In this document: positions 1 through 10,889 of the stretch, piece after piece
Numbering within the stretch: position 1 is the stretch's first letter
How the letters are laid out: every line of letters starts with the position of its first letter
Notes under the pieces: generated by a model
Databases searched by the model: none
What the model saw: only the letters and a program-made list of their open reading frames with translations
What the model was told of the DNA's origin: nothing
Position numbers and translations under genes: made by a program
Source of the DNA: Polyangiales bacterium
GTDB taxonomy: Bacteria; Myxococcota_A; Polyangia; Polyangiales; Ga0077539
Assembly (NCBI GenBank): GCA_044229975.1
Contig: JBGARZ010000001.1
Location: 1,071,482 to 1,135,481 of the forward strand
DNA: 64,000 nt
Reading direction: 5' to 3'

Positions 1-343
1 ACACCGCCGCGCCCGCGAGCACCGCGAGGGCCGCCCCGGCGCGGGCGTACGCGAGGCTGTGTTGGGGGTGAGCCTCGCCGAGGGCGTGCGAGGCGCAGAC
101 CTTCACGCCGCGCATGACGCCGAAGACGATGGCGTAGTTGAGCCACGTCAGCACGGTGGCGACGCCGACGCCGCCGAGCGCGTTGGCGCCGAGTCCGCCG
201 ACGAGGGCGGTGTCGACGAGGCCCATGGCCGTGTCGCCGAGGAGAGCGACCGCGATGGGCCAGGCGAGGTGGACGACCTCGCGGTGGGCGTCCGAGCGGA
301 CGACCTCCAGCGAGTGGCGTCTCAAGCGATGAAGGAGCTGCAC
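1..343 (-). CDS. MATE family efflux transporter, N-terminal part (runs off the window edge)
   Basis: Manual minus-strand translation from GTG at 343 gives ...EVVHLAWPIAVALLGDTAMGLVDTALVGGLGANALGGVGVA..., the typical MATE TM1/TM2 pattern. Missing from the ORF track because no stop lies in the window. Confidence 0.85.
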   Translation of the reverse strand, partial: MQLLHRLRRHSLEVVRSDAHREVVHLAWPIAVALLGDTAMGLVDTALVGGLGANALGGVGVATVLTWLNYAIVFGVMRGVKVCASHALGEAHPQHSLAYARAGAALAVLAGAAV

Positions 344-349
344 GACCGA

Positions 350-416
350 CCGTCTCTTCCAGTGACCACCGACCATCCCTCGGTTGAGAGGGTCGCGTGG
401 GTCACTGGTACGACGG
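350..416 (-). promoter_or_regulatory. Hairpin in the MATE 5' leader that covers the ribosome-binding site
   Basis: CCAGTGACC (359-367) pairs with GGTCACTGG (400-408), extended by CCGTC/GACGG. The minus-strand GGAAGAG just upstream of the GTG lies in the 3' arm. Confidence 0.55.
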
Positions 417-587
417 CCCTCTCCTGCTAGCGGACTCCCTTGATGGCGAAGTCGGCCGTGAGCACGCAGCTCGGACGGCACGTCGACATCGGGGAGTGGG
501 TGCAGGGGAAAATCATGAGCACCACGGGTAGCGCGTTGGTCGATCGCCGGTCAAGCGCGCGGCTGCGTTAGTGTGCGCGCCATCCCC

Positions 588-3218
588 ATGAAGACCACGC
601 GATGGATGGGCCCGGTGGTGTTGGCGGCGCTCGTGGGCGCGTGCGCTCCCGACGACGGAACAGTCACCCCGGTGAAGGACGCCGGCACCTTCGACGCGGG
701 CACGCGCGACGTTGTGTCGGACCTCACGACGGACATCACCATCGACCGCGGCGTCTCGAAGATGGACGTACCTTCGGACCGCGGCGCGATGACCGATGGC
801 GGTGCGGCGGAGGTGTTCACGCCCGAGTGCCGCGCGACGGCCGACTGCCCCGCCGGGCGCCTCTGTCGCATGGACCGCTGCGTCGAGATGACGACCACCT
901 GCACGAGCGCGGCAGGGTGTCCCAACGACATGCGCTGCGAGGGCGGTCGCTGCGTCGCGTGGGCGAGCGGCGGAACCGACCCCGCGTGCACGGTCGACCC
1001 GCGGCCCGGGGTGTTTGCGCCAGCGGTCCAGTGCCAGTTCGACGAGGCGCCGGCGGGTGATGCGTTCCCCGAGCACCTGCACGTCCTGTCGACGCCGATG
1101 GTGGCCGACCTGCGGGTGTACTCGTCGCCGACGATCGGCGTGCGGCCGTCCATCGTGGTGGTGTTCGATGACGGCGGCGACGGGAGCTCGGAGCTTCCCT
1201 CGGGGCTCATCCGCATCCTCGACGGCCGCACCTGTCAGTTGCAGGACAACCTGAGCGACCAGATGGTGTCGCACTCCTCGCCGCCCGCCATCGGCGACCT
1301 CGACGGCGACGGGACGCCCGAGATCGTGGCCTTCAAGGCAGGCGGCGGGCTGGTGGCATTTCGGTATGTGCGCACGGTCGACGCGGGTCGCTGGAGCGTG
1401 TGGTGGCGCTCGACGACCGACGACGGGATGGCCTTCAATCCCACCGGCGGCGGATGGGCGGGGCCGACCATCGTGGACATCGACGGCGACGGTCGACCAG
1501 AGGTGCTGCGCCACGGGATGGTGTTCAACGGACGCACGGGCGTGCTGGTCGGAGGACAGGGCGTGCGCACGCAGCTCGCGGGCTACTCGGCGGGGGCGTT
1601 TAGCGTGGTGCTGGACGTCGACGAGGACGGCGCGGTCGAGCTCATCACGGGCAACGGCGTGTTCGGCTGGGACGCGACGATGCGGGAGTGGGTTCGCGAG
1701 ACGTACTTCACGCGGAGCAACTGCGCGGGCGCGGGCTGCGGCGACGGCCAGGTGGCGGTCGGCGACTTCGGCGACTTCGCGACGGCGCGCTTTCCCGATG
1801 GGCACATCCCGGAGATCGCGGTGGTGTCGTCGGGCTACGTGCGGGTGGACACGATCGAGGGGCGCACGGTGTTTGGTCCGGTGGCGCTGCCGGGCGGCGG
1901 GACGGGCGGTCCGCCGACGGTGGCGGACTTCGACGGCGACGGCCTCGCGGAGGTCGCGGCGGCCGGGGCGACGGCGTACTCGGTGATGGACCCGGACTGC
2001 GGTCCGCGCACCGTGTCGCGCCCGGAGGGTCGCTGCGAGACGATGACGACGACGGGCGTGTTGTGGTCGCGGCCATCGCAGGACTCGAGCTCCAACGTCA
2101 CGGGGAGCACGTCCTTCGACTTCGAGGGCGATGGGCGCGTCGAGGCCGTGTACGCCGACGAGTGCTTCGCGCGGGTGTACGACGGCGCGACGGGCACGGT
2201 GCTCTTCTCGCAGCAGCACTCGTCGTGCACCTGGTACGAAAACCCCGTGGTGGCCGACGTCGACGGCGACTTCCGGGCCGAGCTCGTGGTGGGCAGCAAC
2301 TTCAACTGCGGATCACCCACGACGGGCATCGCGTGTCCGGGCGTGGGGCCGCGCGGGGTGGACGTTCAGTTCGCGGGGCTGCGGTGCTCCAACAACTCCG
2401 AGTGCCCGTCCAACGCGTGCGTGATGGGCTTCTGCCGCTGCACCATGGACAGCGAGTGCTGCCCCGGAAGCGCGCCCGCAGGCGACGCCGGCGTAGACGA
2501 CGGCGGCGCGGACGATGGTGGGACGGACGCGGGCGTGGCGATGGATGCGGGCGGCGACGCAGGCCGCACGACGGGCTCGGGGAGCGAGTGCACGTACGTG
2601 TGCGCGGAGCCACCGGAGGGGACGGCGGGAGCGGGCAACACGTGCCGCGCGGTGCGTCCGCGAGGCGTGCGCGGGGTGCGTGTGTACGCGGACATCGCCG
2701 ACCGCTGGGTTCGGTCGCGAACGATCTGGAACCAGCACGCCTACAACGTGACCAACGTCGAGGACGACGCGCGGGTGCTCGCGAGCGGGGTGGTGCGTCG
2801 CAACTGGCGGGTGCCCGGGCTCAACAACTTCCGCACGAACGTGCAGGGCACCGCGGAGATCACGAGCTCACCGGACGGAACGGTCTCGGGCACGGGCTTC
2901 GTGTGTCAGCCGTCGGGCGCGGCGCGCATGCAGGTGCGAGCGTGCAACCGTGGGACGGCGCCGATGGCGGACGGGCTGTCGGTGGGCTTCTACCGCGGCG
3001 ACGGCGTGACGATGGGCGCGCGGGTGTGCCGCGCAGAGACGCCAAGAGCGTTGCTGCCGGGCGAGTGCGCGGACGTGACGTGCGACTGGCCGACGCCGCC
3101 GCTCGACCGCGCGGAGCCGGTGACGGTGGTGATCGACGACGCGCGGGCGCGCACCGAGTGCCATGAGGAGAACAACCTCGGGCTCATCGAGGACGTGATC
3201 TGCCGAGGGCCCGGCTGA
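588..3218 (+). CDS. FG-GAP/VCBS-repeat, Cys-rich lipoprotein with a C-terminal CARDB-like Ig domain
   Basis: Lipobox LVGAC; repeated DxDGDG motifs (GDLDGDGTPEIV, DIDGDGRPEV, ADFDGDGLAEV, DFEGDG, ADVDGD); WNQHAYNVTNV; C-terminal ECHEENN. Confidence 0.85.
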   Translation: MKTTRWMGPVVLAALVGACAPDDGTVTPVKDAGTFDAGTRDVVSDLTTDITIDRGVSKMDVPSDRGAMTDGGAAEVFTPECRATADCPAGRLCRMDRCVEMTTTCTSAAGCPNDMRCEGGRCVAWASGGTDPACTVDPRPGVFAPAVQCQFDEAPAGDAFPEHLHVLSTPMVADLRVYSSPTIGVRPSIVVVFDDGGDGSSELPSGLIRILDGRTCQLQDNLSDQMVSHSSPPAIGDLDGDGTPEIVAFKAGGGLVAFRYVRTVDAGRWSVWWRSTTDDGMAFNPTGGGWAGPTIVDIDGDGRPEVLRHGMVFNGRTGVLVGGQGVRTQLAGYSAGAFSVVLDVDEDGAVELITGNGVFGWDATMREWVRETYFTRSNCAGAGCGDGQVAVGDFGDFATARFPDGHIPEIAVVSSGYVRVDTIEGRTVFGPVALPGGGTGGPPTVADFDGDGLAEVAAAGATAYSVMDPDCGPRTVSRPEGRCETMTTTGVLWSRPSQDSSSNVTGSTSFDFEGDGRVEAVYADECFARVYDGATGTVLFSQQHSSCTWYENPVVADVDGDFRAELVVGSNFNCGSPTTGIACPGVGPRGVDVQFAGLRCSNNSECPSNACVMGFCRCTMDSECCPGSAPAGDAGVDDGGADDGGTDAGVAMDAGGDAGRTTGSGSECTYVCAEPPEGTAGAGNTCRAVRPRGVRGVRVYADIADRWVRSRTIWNQHAYNVTNVEDDARVLASGVVRRNWRVPGLNNFRTNVQGTAEITSSPDGTVSGTGFVCQPSGAARMQVRACNRGTAPMADGLSVGFYRGDGVTMGARVCRAETPRALLPGECADVTCDWPTPPLDRAEPVTVVIDDARARTECHEENNLGLIEDVICRGPG

Positions 3219-3250
3219 GGCAATGGCCGCAACGACGCAAGACGATTGTC

Positions 3251-3279
3251 TTGACAGTGTTGGGGGTGGCGCGTAGAAA
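3251..3279 (+). promoter_or_regulatory. Sigma-70 promoter of tRNA-Pro
   Basis: TTGACA (3251-3256), 17-bp spacer, TAGAAA (3274-3279), ending 13 bp upstream of the tRNA. Confidence 0.75.
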
Positions 3280-3292
3280 GCGTCTCCCTTTA

Positions 3293-3366
3293 CGGGGCGT
3301 AGCGCAGCCTGGTAGCGCACCTGGTTCGGGACCAGGGAGTCGGAGGTTCAAATCCTCTCGCCCCGA
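3293..3366 (+). tRNA. tRNA-Pro (CGG), CCA end not encoded
   Basis: Acceptor stem CGGGGCG/CGCCCCG+A; D-loop AGCCTGGTA; anticodon arm CCTGG-TT CGG GA-CCAGG; T-loop GGTTCAAATCC. Confidence 0.97.
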
Positions 3367-3375
3367 CGGAAGCAA

Positions 3376-3410
3376 AAGACCCTCGGATGCCGCAAGGCTC
3401 CGGGGGTTTT
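3376..3410 (+). terminator. Intrinsic terminator after tRNA-Pro, also facing the convergent tauE gene
   Basis: AAGACCCTCGGA-TGCCGCAAGGC-TCCGGGGGTTTT stem-loop with a T tail. Confidence 0.7.
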
Positions 3411-3412
3411 CG

Positions 3413-4312
3413 CTATGGGGCATCGGGGTGCAGGCGCGCGTGGCCGGGATCAAACGCGGAGTCGGTCCTCCGTCGGCTCCGCGCGAGCGCCGCCAGCGCA
3501 GGGAGCGCGACCGCCACGAGCAGCAGCCAGGGCCAGTCTTGCGCGAGCGACACGTGCACCCCGAACAGCCGCGGCAGCTCTCGGAGGAGGAGGAGCTCGG
3601 CCATCACCAGGACCAGCCACGCGAAGCCGCGGCGCAATGCGTCGGGCGAGACGCTCCCCGCGAGCCGACTCCCGACGACGCTGCCCAGCGCGGCGGCGGC
3701 CACGACCGGCAGGGCGACGCCCCAGGGGATGGACACCCCGCCGAGGTGACCCGCGAAGCCTGCGAGGCCGTTCATCGCGATCACGAGCAGTGAGGTGCCG
3801 ACGGCCACGGTCATGGGCATGCGCGCCACGAGCACGAGCGCCGGCACGACGAGGAAGCCGCCGCCCGCCCCGACGAGACCCGTGAGCGCCCCCACCACGA
3901 CGCCGAGCGGCGCGAGCGCACCGAGCGGGAGCGCGGCGGACGACGGGTCGGCTGACGCGCGCCGCGGCCTCATCATGGCGACGGCGGTGACGAGCATCGC
4001 GGCCCCGAAGGCGACGACCAGGACGTCGGGTGACAGGTGGGCCGACGCGCGTCCGCCGACAAAGGCCCCGGCCATGCTCGCGATGCCGAAGAGGGCACCC
4101 GCGCGCCAGCGAACCCGCCCAGCGCGCGCATGCGGCACGAGCGAGAGCGCGCTCGTCGTGCCCACCACGAGCAGCGACGACGCGATGGCCTGATCGGGCG
4201 GCAGCCGAAACACATAGAGAAGGATCGGCACCGTCAGGATCGAGCCACCTCCGCCCAGGAGACCGAGCGCCACGCCGACCGCCACCGCCAACACCACGCC
4301 GAGCACGAACAT
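3413..4312 (-). CDS. tauE: Sulfite exporter TauE/SafE family membrane protein
   Basis: [13 protein letters not shown] and [13 protein letters not shown] repeats; AVGTSL; multiple transmembrane segments. Confidence 0.9.
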   Translation of the reverse strand: MFVLGVVLAVAVGVALGLLGGGGSILTVPILLYVFRLPPDQAIASSLLVVGTTSALSLVPHARAGRVRWRAGALFGIASMAGAFVGGRASAHLSPDVLVVAFGAAMLVTAVAMMRPRRASADPSSAALPLGALAPLGVVVGALTGLVGAGGGFLVVPALVLVARMPMTVAVGTSLLVIAMNGLAGFAGHLGGVSIPWGVALPVVAAAALGSVVGSRLAGSVSPDALRRGFAWLVLVMAELLLLRELPRLFGVHVSLAQDWPWLLLVAVALPALAALARSRRRTDSAFDPGHARLHPDAP

Positions 4313-4335
4313 GCGCACACCTCGGGGCGCCGTAG

Positions 4336-4351
4336 AGCGAGCGACGTGCCA
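4336..4351 (-). promoter_or_regulatory. Sigma-54 (-24/-12) promoter for tauE
   Basis: Minus strand reads TGGCACGTCGCTCGCT against the consensus TGGCACG-N4-TTGC(A/T). Confidence 0.65.
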
Positions 4352-4495
4352 CACGACGCTTCCTCCAGATGGCGCGTCGGACGACCCTCGCTGGACGGCG
4401 CCATGAAACGTTTCGCAACGTCCAACGCAACGACCGCAACGAGCTCACTCGCGCTGGATCCCTCGATTTTGTGTGGCTTCCGCGTCAGGCGACCG

Positions 4496-4511
4496 AGGCA
4501 CGACGATTGCG
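4496..4511 (+). promoter_or_regulatory. Sigma-54 (-24/-12) promoter for the yeeE-yeeE-pdo operon
   Basis: AGGCACGACGATTGCG has correct GG-N10-GC spacing and ends about 50 bp upstream of ATG 4560. Confidence 0.75.
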
Positions 4512-4559
4512 ATGTCGGCCGACGACCGGCGCACCCTGCAACGCCCGGGAAGAGAGCTC

Positions 4560-4979
4560 ATGACCCTGTCTTCGGTGTGGATCCACGCGCTCCTCGGCGG
4601 CGCGCTCATCGGCACGAGCGCGTCGCTCCTGCTTGCGTTCAACGGCCGCGTCGCCGGCATCTCGGGCATCGTCGGCGGCGCGCTGCGCCCCGCCCCGGGC
4701 GACCTCGCGTGGCGGGCGCTCTTCGTCGTCGGTCTCGTGGTGGGTGGCCTCGCGGCGTACCCGATCGCGCCGGGTGCGTTTGCGGTGCCCGCGACCAACA
4801 TGGCCACCGCCGTCGCGGCCGGGCTCCTCGTGGGCGTGGGCACCGGGCTGGGCAGCGGCTGCACCTCCGGCCATGGGGTGTGCGGCCTCGCGCGCCGGTC
4901 GCCTCGCTCGCTCGCGGCGACGCTCACCTTCATCGCCGCAGGCGCCGCGACCGTGGCCCTCACCGGCGGCTCGCCGTGA
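4560..4979 (+). CDS. YeeE/YedE family sulfur-compound transporter (half-size subunit 1)
   Basis: NGRVAGISGI and GSGCTSGHGVCG motifs. Confidence 0.9.
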   Translation: MTLSSVWIHALLGGALIGTSASLLLAFNGRVAGISGIVGGALRPAPGDLAWRALFVVGLVVGGLAAYPIAPGAFAVPATNMATAVAAGLLVGVGTGLGSGCTSGHGVCGLARRSPRSLAATLTFIAAGAATVALTGGSP

Positions 4980-5410
4980 GCGCCACCACCACGACGCGAC
5001 GCCTCGGCCTCGGAGCGACCGCGCTCGTCGCCGGGGGCCTCTTCGGCTTCGGCCTCGCGCTCGCGGGCATGACGCGACCCGAGCGGGTGCGCGGCTTCCT
5101 CGACTTCAGCGTGCGCTGGGACCCGACGCTGGTGCTGGTGCTGGGCGCGGCGCTCGCCGTCCACGCGGCGGCGTATCGCCTCGTCGCGCGGCGCGCGGCG
5201 CCGGTGTTCGCGGGCAGCTTCTCGCTCCCGACCCGGCGCGACCTCGACCTCCGTCTGCTGGGCGGCGCCGCGATCTTCGGCGTCGGCTGGGGCCTCGGCG
5301 GCTTCTGCCCGGGGCCCGCGATCGTCTCGCTCGTCGGAGGTCACGGGGCGACCGTGGCCTTCGTCCTCGCGATGATCGGCGGCCTCGCGCTCGCGACCCC
5401 GCGCCGTTGA
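4976..5410 (+). CDS. YeeE/YedE (DUF6691-like) transporter subunit 2
   Basis: GTG overlaps the upstream TGA; GMTRPERVRGFLD, WDPTL, FGVGWGLGGFCPGP. Confidence 0.88.
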   Translation: MSATTTTRRLGLGATALVAGGLFGFGLALAGMTRPERVRGFLDFSVRWDPTLVLVLGAALAVHAAAYRLVARRAAPVFAGSFSLPTRRDLDLRLLGGAAIFGVGWGLGGFCPGPAIVSLVGGHGATVAFVLAMIGGLALATPRR

Positions 5411-5459
5411 CGCGATCATCCCCTCGTTGGCGCCACGCACCTCGCAAAGGAGACCTGCC

Positions 5460-6536
5460 ATGTTGTTTCGACAGTTGTTCGACCCCGAGACCTCGACCTG
5501 GTCGTATCTGCTCGCTGACGAGACGACCCGCGAGGCCGTGCTCATCGACCCGGTGCTGGAGCAGGTCGAGCGCGACCTCCAGCTCCTGCGCGAGCTCGAC
5601 CTCACGCTCCGCTGGGCGCTCGACACCCACGTCCACGCCGACCACGTCACCGGCCTCGGCGCGCTGCGCGCCCACACAGGTTGTCAGACCGTGCTCTCGG
5701 AGCGCGCAGGCACCGGGTGGGCCGACCGCCTCGTGAAGCAGGGCGACCGCGTGGCCTTTGGCGACCGCTTCCTGGAGGTGCGCGAGACGCCCGGGCACAC
5801 CGACGGCTGCGTCACGTACGTGACCGACGACCACGCGATGGCCTTCACGGGTGACGCGCTGCTCATCCGCGGCTGCGGCCGCACCGACTTCCAGCAGGGC
5901 GACGCGGCGGCCCTCTACGCCTCGGTGCACGCCCAGGTGCTGTCGCTGCCCGACCAGACGCTCGTGTACCCGGGTCACGACTACAAGGGCCGAACCGCCT
6001 CGACGGTCGGCGAGGAGAAGCGCTGGAACCCGCGGCTCGGCGCCGGGCGCACGTCGGCGGAGTTCGTGGCGATCATGGCGGGGCTCCAGCTCGCGTACCC
6101 GAAGCGCATCGACGTGGCGCTGCCGCTCAATCTTCGGTGCGGCGTCCCGCGGGGATTGCCCGTCAGCGGGGAAGCGCCCGCGGCCCCGCGGTGGGCGCCC
6201 GTGGAGGTCAGCGCCGCCGACGTTCCCGAGGTCACCTGCGAGTGGCTCGCCGCCCACACCGACGCGGGGCGACTCGTGGACGTCCGCGAGCCCGAGGAGT
6301 TTCGCGGCGAGCTCGGTCACGTCGACGGAGCGGCGCTCGTCCCGCTGGCCACCGTGACCGACGAGGCCGCCCGGTGGGACCGCGCGGCGCCGGTGCTCCT
6401 CGTCTGCCGCTCGGGCGGGCGCTCGGGCAAGGCCGCGCTCGCCCTCCAGGCGATGGGCTTCGCGAAGGTCGCCTCCCTCCGCGGCGGCATGATCGCCTGG
6501 AACGCCCTGCGTCTCCCCGTCACCCGCGACGCCTGA
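5460..6536 (+). CDS. Persulfide dioxygenase (ETHE1-like MBL fold)-rhodanese fusion
   Basis: DTHVHADH, TPGHTDGC, GCGRTDFQ, YPGHDY; C-terminal rhodanese DVREPEE and CRSGGRS; AAGGAG ribosome-binding site. Confidence 0.92.
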   Translation: MLFRQLFDPETSTWSYLLADETTREAVLIDPVLEQVERDLQLLRELDLTLRWALDTHVHADHVTGLGALRAHTGCQTVLSERAGTGWADRLVKQGDRVAFGDRFLEVRETPGHTDGCVTYVTDDHAMAFTGDALLIRGCGRTDFQQGDAAALYASVHAQVLSLPDQTLVYPGHDYKGRTASTVGEEKRWNPRLGAGRTSAEFVAIMAGLQLAYPKRIDVALPLNLRCGVPRGLPVSGEAPAAPRWAPVEVSAADVPEVTCEWLAAHTDAGRLVDVREPEEFRGELGHVDGAALVPLATVTDEAARWDRAAPVLLVCRSGGRSGKAALALQAMGFAKVASLRGGMIAWNALRLPVTRDA

Positions 6537-6548
6537 CAGGCACAGCCT

Positions 6549-7904
<1,356 letters not shown>

Positions 7905-8112
7905 CGCCCCTCTTCTCGCAGGGATGCGCCGCGTTGGAAACCACCACATGCACGCCCGCGGCGAAGCGCCCGGCGCGTCGCGCTCACCAACAATCGTCCG
8001 ACGGGAGGGCGAGCGTCGAAGGGTTTCGCCGCGAGCGGTCATCCAGGTCTCCGAGCAGGGCGACGACCCGCGTCGGCCATCGCCCTATCCCCCATTTCGA
8101 AGGAGACGTTTC

Positions 8113-8916
8113 ATGGTCGGTCTTGCCGCGCTCGCCCTCGCGTGGACGCACAGCCTCGCCCTCACCGTGACGCCACCGGGCGGCGCGGTCGGCGGCCTTT
8201 CGCGACCCGTCCCCGAAGTGTCGCTGCGCGTCGATCGCCTCGGGCTCGACCGACCGCCCGGCGGCTGGCGCCCCTTCGTCGCGCAGAACGCCACGGCCTC
8301 CGGCGCGACGCCGACCGAGAGCTCCGCGGACACCCCGTCGCCCGCCACGACCTGCGACCTCGACTGCGAGACCGCCCAGGAGGACGCGCGCCTCGCTCGC
8401 TACGTGCAGCGCCGCCGCGCCCGGCTCCTGCGCACCCACCGCGCCTTCGCCATCGCCGCGTGGAGCACGATGCTCGTCACGGAGGTGCTCGGGACCATCC
8501 AGGCCGTCAACCAGCCCACGTGGTTTGGCGACGGCGCCTGCTCGCACGACCCCGAAGCCTTCGGCTGCCACCAGTCGTCGCTGCTCACCGGCCTGCACGA
8601 GACCTTCGCGTTCACGACCACGGCGCTCTACACGACCGCGGGCATCCTGGCCGTGGCCGCCCCCGACCCCGACAACGCCGCCGAGGGCGACGGCCGCGCC
8701 CCACGAACGCTCCGCCTCCACAAGACCCTGGCGTGGGTGCACGGCGCCGGGATGATCCTGCTGCCGCTGCTTGGTGTGATCACCGCCCACCCGCAGATCG
8801 TCGGCGTCTCGCCCTCGGCGCAGGCGGACTTCGGTCGCGCGATGCGCACCGTCCACGCCGGCGTCGGCTTCGTGACCTTCGCCGCGCTCTCGGTCTCGGC
8901 CTACCTGGAGCTGTAG
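8113..8916 (+). CDS. Hypothetical membrane protein with His-containing transmembrane helices
   Basis: AGGAG ribosome-binding site before ATG 8113; signal-like N-terminus; four hydrophobic helices each beginning near a His (THRAFA, LHETFA, LHKTLAWVHG, VHAGVG). Confidence 0.65.
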   Translation: MVGLAALALAWTHSLALTVTPPGGAVGGLSRPVPEVSLRVDRLGLDRPPGGWRPFVAQNATASGATPTESSADTPSPATTCDLDCETAQEDARLARYVQRRRARLLRTHRAFAIAAWSTMLVTEVLGTIQAVNQPTWFGDGACSHDPEAFGCHQSSLLTGLHETFAFTTTALYTTAGILAVAAPDPDNAAEGDGRAPRTLRLHKTLAWVHGAGMILLPLLGVITAHPQIVGVSPSAQADFGRAMRTVHAGVGFVTFAALSVSAYLEL

Positions 8917-8922
8917 CGCGTC

Positions 8923-9654
8923 GTGACGACCCGCAGGCGCTACCCCGTCGTGCTCGCCGCCGCGCTCTCGCTCGCGTCGACGCCCGCCCGCGCTCACCCC
9001 GACGGCCGCGAGGTGGGCCGCTCGGCCGTCGGCTGTGGACGCGTCGGCAACTGCCACGGCGCCAGCCCCGGCGCGACCGCGACGCTCACCGGACCGGACA
9101 CCCTGCTCCCCGGCGGACGCGCGACCTTCACGCTCGTCGTGCGCTCGACGAGCCCCGCGTTCACGGGCGGCGGCGTCGACGTGGGCGTGCGCGGGCCCGC
9201 GGGCACCTCGCTCGTCGCGACGCAGGCCAACACGCGCGTCAACGCCGGAGACCTCGTGATGAACAACCGCCTGGCCGCCGAAGGCGGCGCCGTCACGGTC
9301 ACCTTCGACGTCGTGGCCCCGACCGCGGGCGCGGTGACCCTCACGGCCGCGGGCAACGCCACCGACGGCACCGGCAACACCGGCGACGCCTGGGCGCTCA
9401 CCGCCCACACCCTCGCCGTGGGCGACGTCGCGGCGGCGGACGCAGGCAACGCCCCGGATGCCTCGATGATCGGCACCGACAGCGGCCCGGCCGTCGACGG
9501 CGGCCCGCCGGGACCCGAAGCGTATGACCCGACGGTCTCCTACGGCTACGGCGGCTGCTCGGTGGGCGGGCGTCGAGCGACGACCATGCGGTGGGCGTGG
9601 TTCGCGGCGCTCGCGTGGTGGGCGCGACGTCGACGCGAGGGACGCGATGCGTAG
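8923..9654 (+). CDS. Secreted Reeler-like (choice-of-anchor V-like) protein with a MYXO-CTERM-like tail
   Basis: Signal peptide ending PARA; CGRVGNCHG; AAGNATDGTGNTGD; tail GGCSVG...WFAALAWWARRRR. Confidence 0.6.
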   Translation: MTTRRRYPVVLAAALSLASTPARAHPDGREVGRSAVGCGRVGNCHGASPGATATLTGPDTLLPGGRATFTLVVRSTSPAFTGGGVDVGVRGPAGTSLVATQANTRVNAGDLVMNNRLAAEGGAVTVTFDVVAPTAGAVTLTAAGNATDGTGNTGDAWALTAHTLAVGDVAAADAGNAPDASMIGTDSGPAVDGGPPGPEAYDPTVSYGYGGCSVGGRRATTMRWAWFAALAWWARRRREGRDA

Positions 9655-10192
9655 CGGCGTGGCGGGCGCGTTCTTCGCCGCGGTGGTCGCGTCGTGCGGA
9701 GGTGAGGCTCCGCCGTTGCCGTCGGTGGACGTCGCCGAGGGCGACCGGGGCCCGGTCTGCCTGAGCGGACGCTACTGGCCCTTCGGCGACCGCGGAGACA
9801 ACCACATGCACCCGGGGCGTGACTGCGTCGGCTGCCACGCGCGCAGCGGCGACGCCCCGGCCTTCGCGGTCGCCGGAACGCTCTACAGCGCGCCCCACGA
9901 AGCCGACGAGTGCTTCGGCTACGACAGCGACGTGGCCGCCGGGCTCGGCGCCGAGGTCGAGCTCGTCGACGCCACCGGCGCGCGCTTCACCGTCGTCGCC
10001 AACCGCGCGGGGAACTTCTACACCACCCACCCGCTCGCGTTTCCGTTGCAGCGCGTGCGCGTCTACGCCCCCGACGGCGCCTTCCGCGAGATGGGGAGCC
10101 CCGCCCCCCACGGCGACTGCAACGCCTGCCACACGCGCCTCGGTACCGTCTCCGCGCTGGGCGACTCGCCCGGGCGCCTGGTGGTGCCGTGA
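9647..10192 (+). CDS. Putative diheme c-type cytochrome lipoprotein
   Basis: Lipobox VVASC; MHPGRDCVGCH and GDCNACH; NRAGNFY. Confidence 0.7.
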   Translation: MRSGVAGAFFAAVVASCGGEAPPLPSVDVAEGDRGPVCLSGRYWPFGDRGDNHMHPGRDCVGCHARSGDAPAFAVAGTLYSAPHEADECFGYDSDVAAGLGAEVELVDATGARFTVVANRAGNFYTTHPLAFPLQRVRVYAPDGAFREMGSPAPHGDCNACHTRLGTVSALGDSPGRLVVP

Positions 10193-10226
10193 CGCCGCTC
10201 ACACCCACCTGAGGAGGACGGAGTCC

Positions 10227-10886
10227 ATGCACCGAAAGCCCCATCTGCTTCGCCTGTCGTTGCTCGCCGTCTGTGCCGGCGCGAGCTGTGCCCCCGACGT
10301 CGTCGGCTACCGCCCCGCGCGCGACGCGGGCGCCACCGTCGACGCGCCCGCGACCCCGATCGACGTCGGCTCCGACGTCGCGACGGTCGTCGATGCGCCC
10401 GAGGCGGACGTCTCGTCGCCCGCCGACACACCGCCGCCGTCGCCGTGCACCTCGGGCATCCACTGGACCCGCGGCAACCGCGGCAGCACGCAGATGAACC
10501 CCGGCCAGGCCTGTGTGGCGTGCCACGTCCGGATGCGCGCCGACGGGCCGACGCTGGTGGGCGGAACGGCCTACGGCGACGACGGCCAGGAGGACAACTG
10601 CTACGGCTTCCCGGGCACCACGGGGGCGGCGTACGTCGAGGCCACCGACGCGGCGGGCTTCGCCATTCGCATGGCCATCAACCAGGCCGGCAACTTCTAC
10701 TACAGCGGCCGCACCGCGCTGCGCTTCCCGCTGCACGGCGTCGCCGTGGTGGGCCCGGGCGGCCTGCGCAACGAGATGGACGACGACGCCCCCAACGGCG
10801 ACTGCAACGGCTGTCACACCGTCACCGGCACGTCGACGGTGGCGGGCTTCGACCCGGCGCCCGGCCGCATCCTCGTTCCGCGGTGA
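10227..10886 (+). CDS. Putative diheme c-type cytochrome lipoprotein (paralog of the previous gene)
   Basis: GAGGAGG upstream; MNPGQACVACH and GDCNGCH; NQAGNFY; PGRILVP C-terminus matches PGRLVVP of the paralog. Confidence 0.72.
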   Translation: MHRKPHLLRLSLLAVCAGASCAPDVVGYRPARDAGATVDAPATPIDVGSDVATVVDAPEADVSSPADTPPPSPCTSGIHWTRGNRGSTQMNPGQACVACHVRMRADGPTLVGGTAYGDDGQEDNCYGFPGTTGAAYVEATDAAGFAIRMAINQAGNFYYSGRTALRFPLHGVAVVGPGGLRNEMDDDAPNGDCNGCHTVTGTSTVAGFDPAPGRILVPR

Positions 10887-10889
10887 CGG

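Noticed and set aside
59..430. 123-aa + strand ORF
   Set aside because: It is the antisense shadow of the MATE gene.
3293..3366. tRNA-Pro or tRNA-fMet as an integration (att) site
   Set aside because: I saw no duplicated tRNA 3' end and no integrase in the window.
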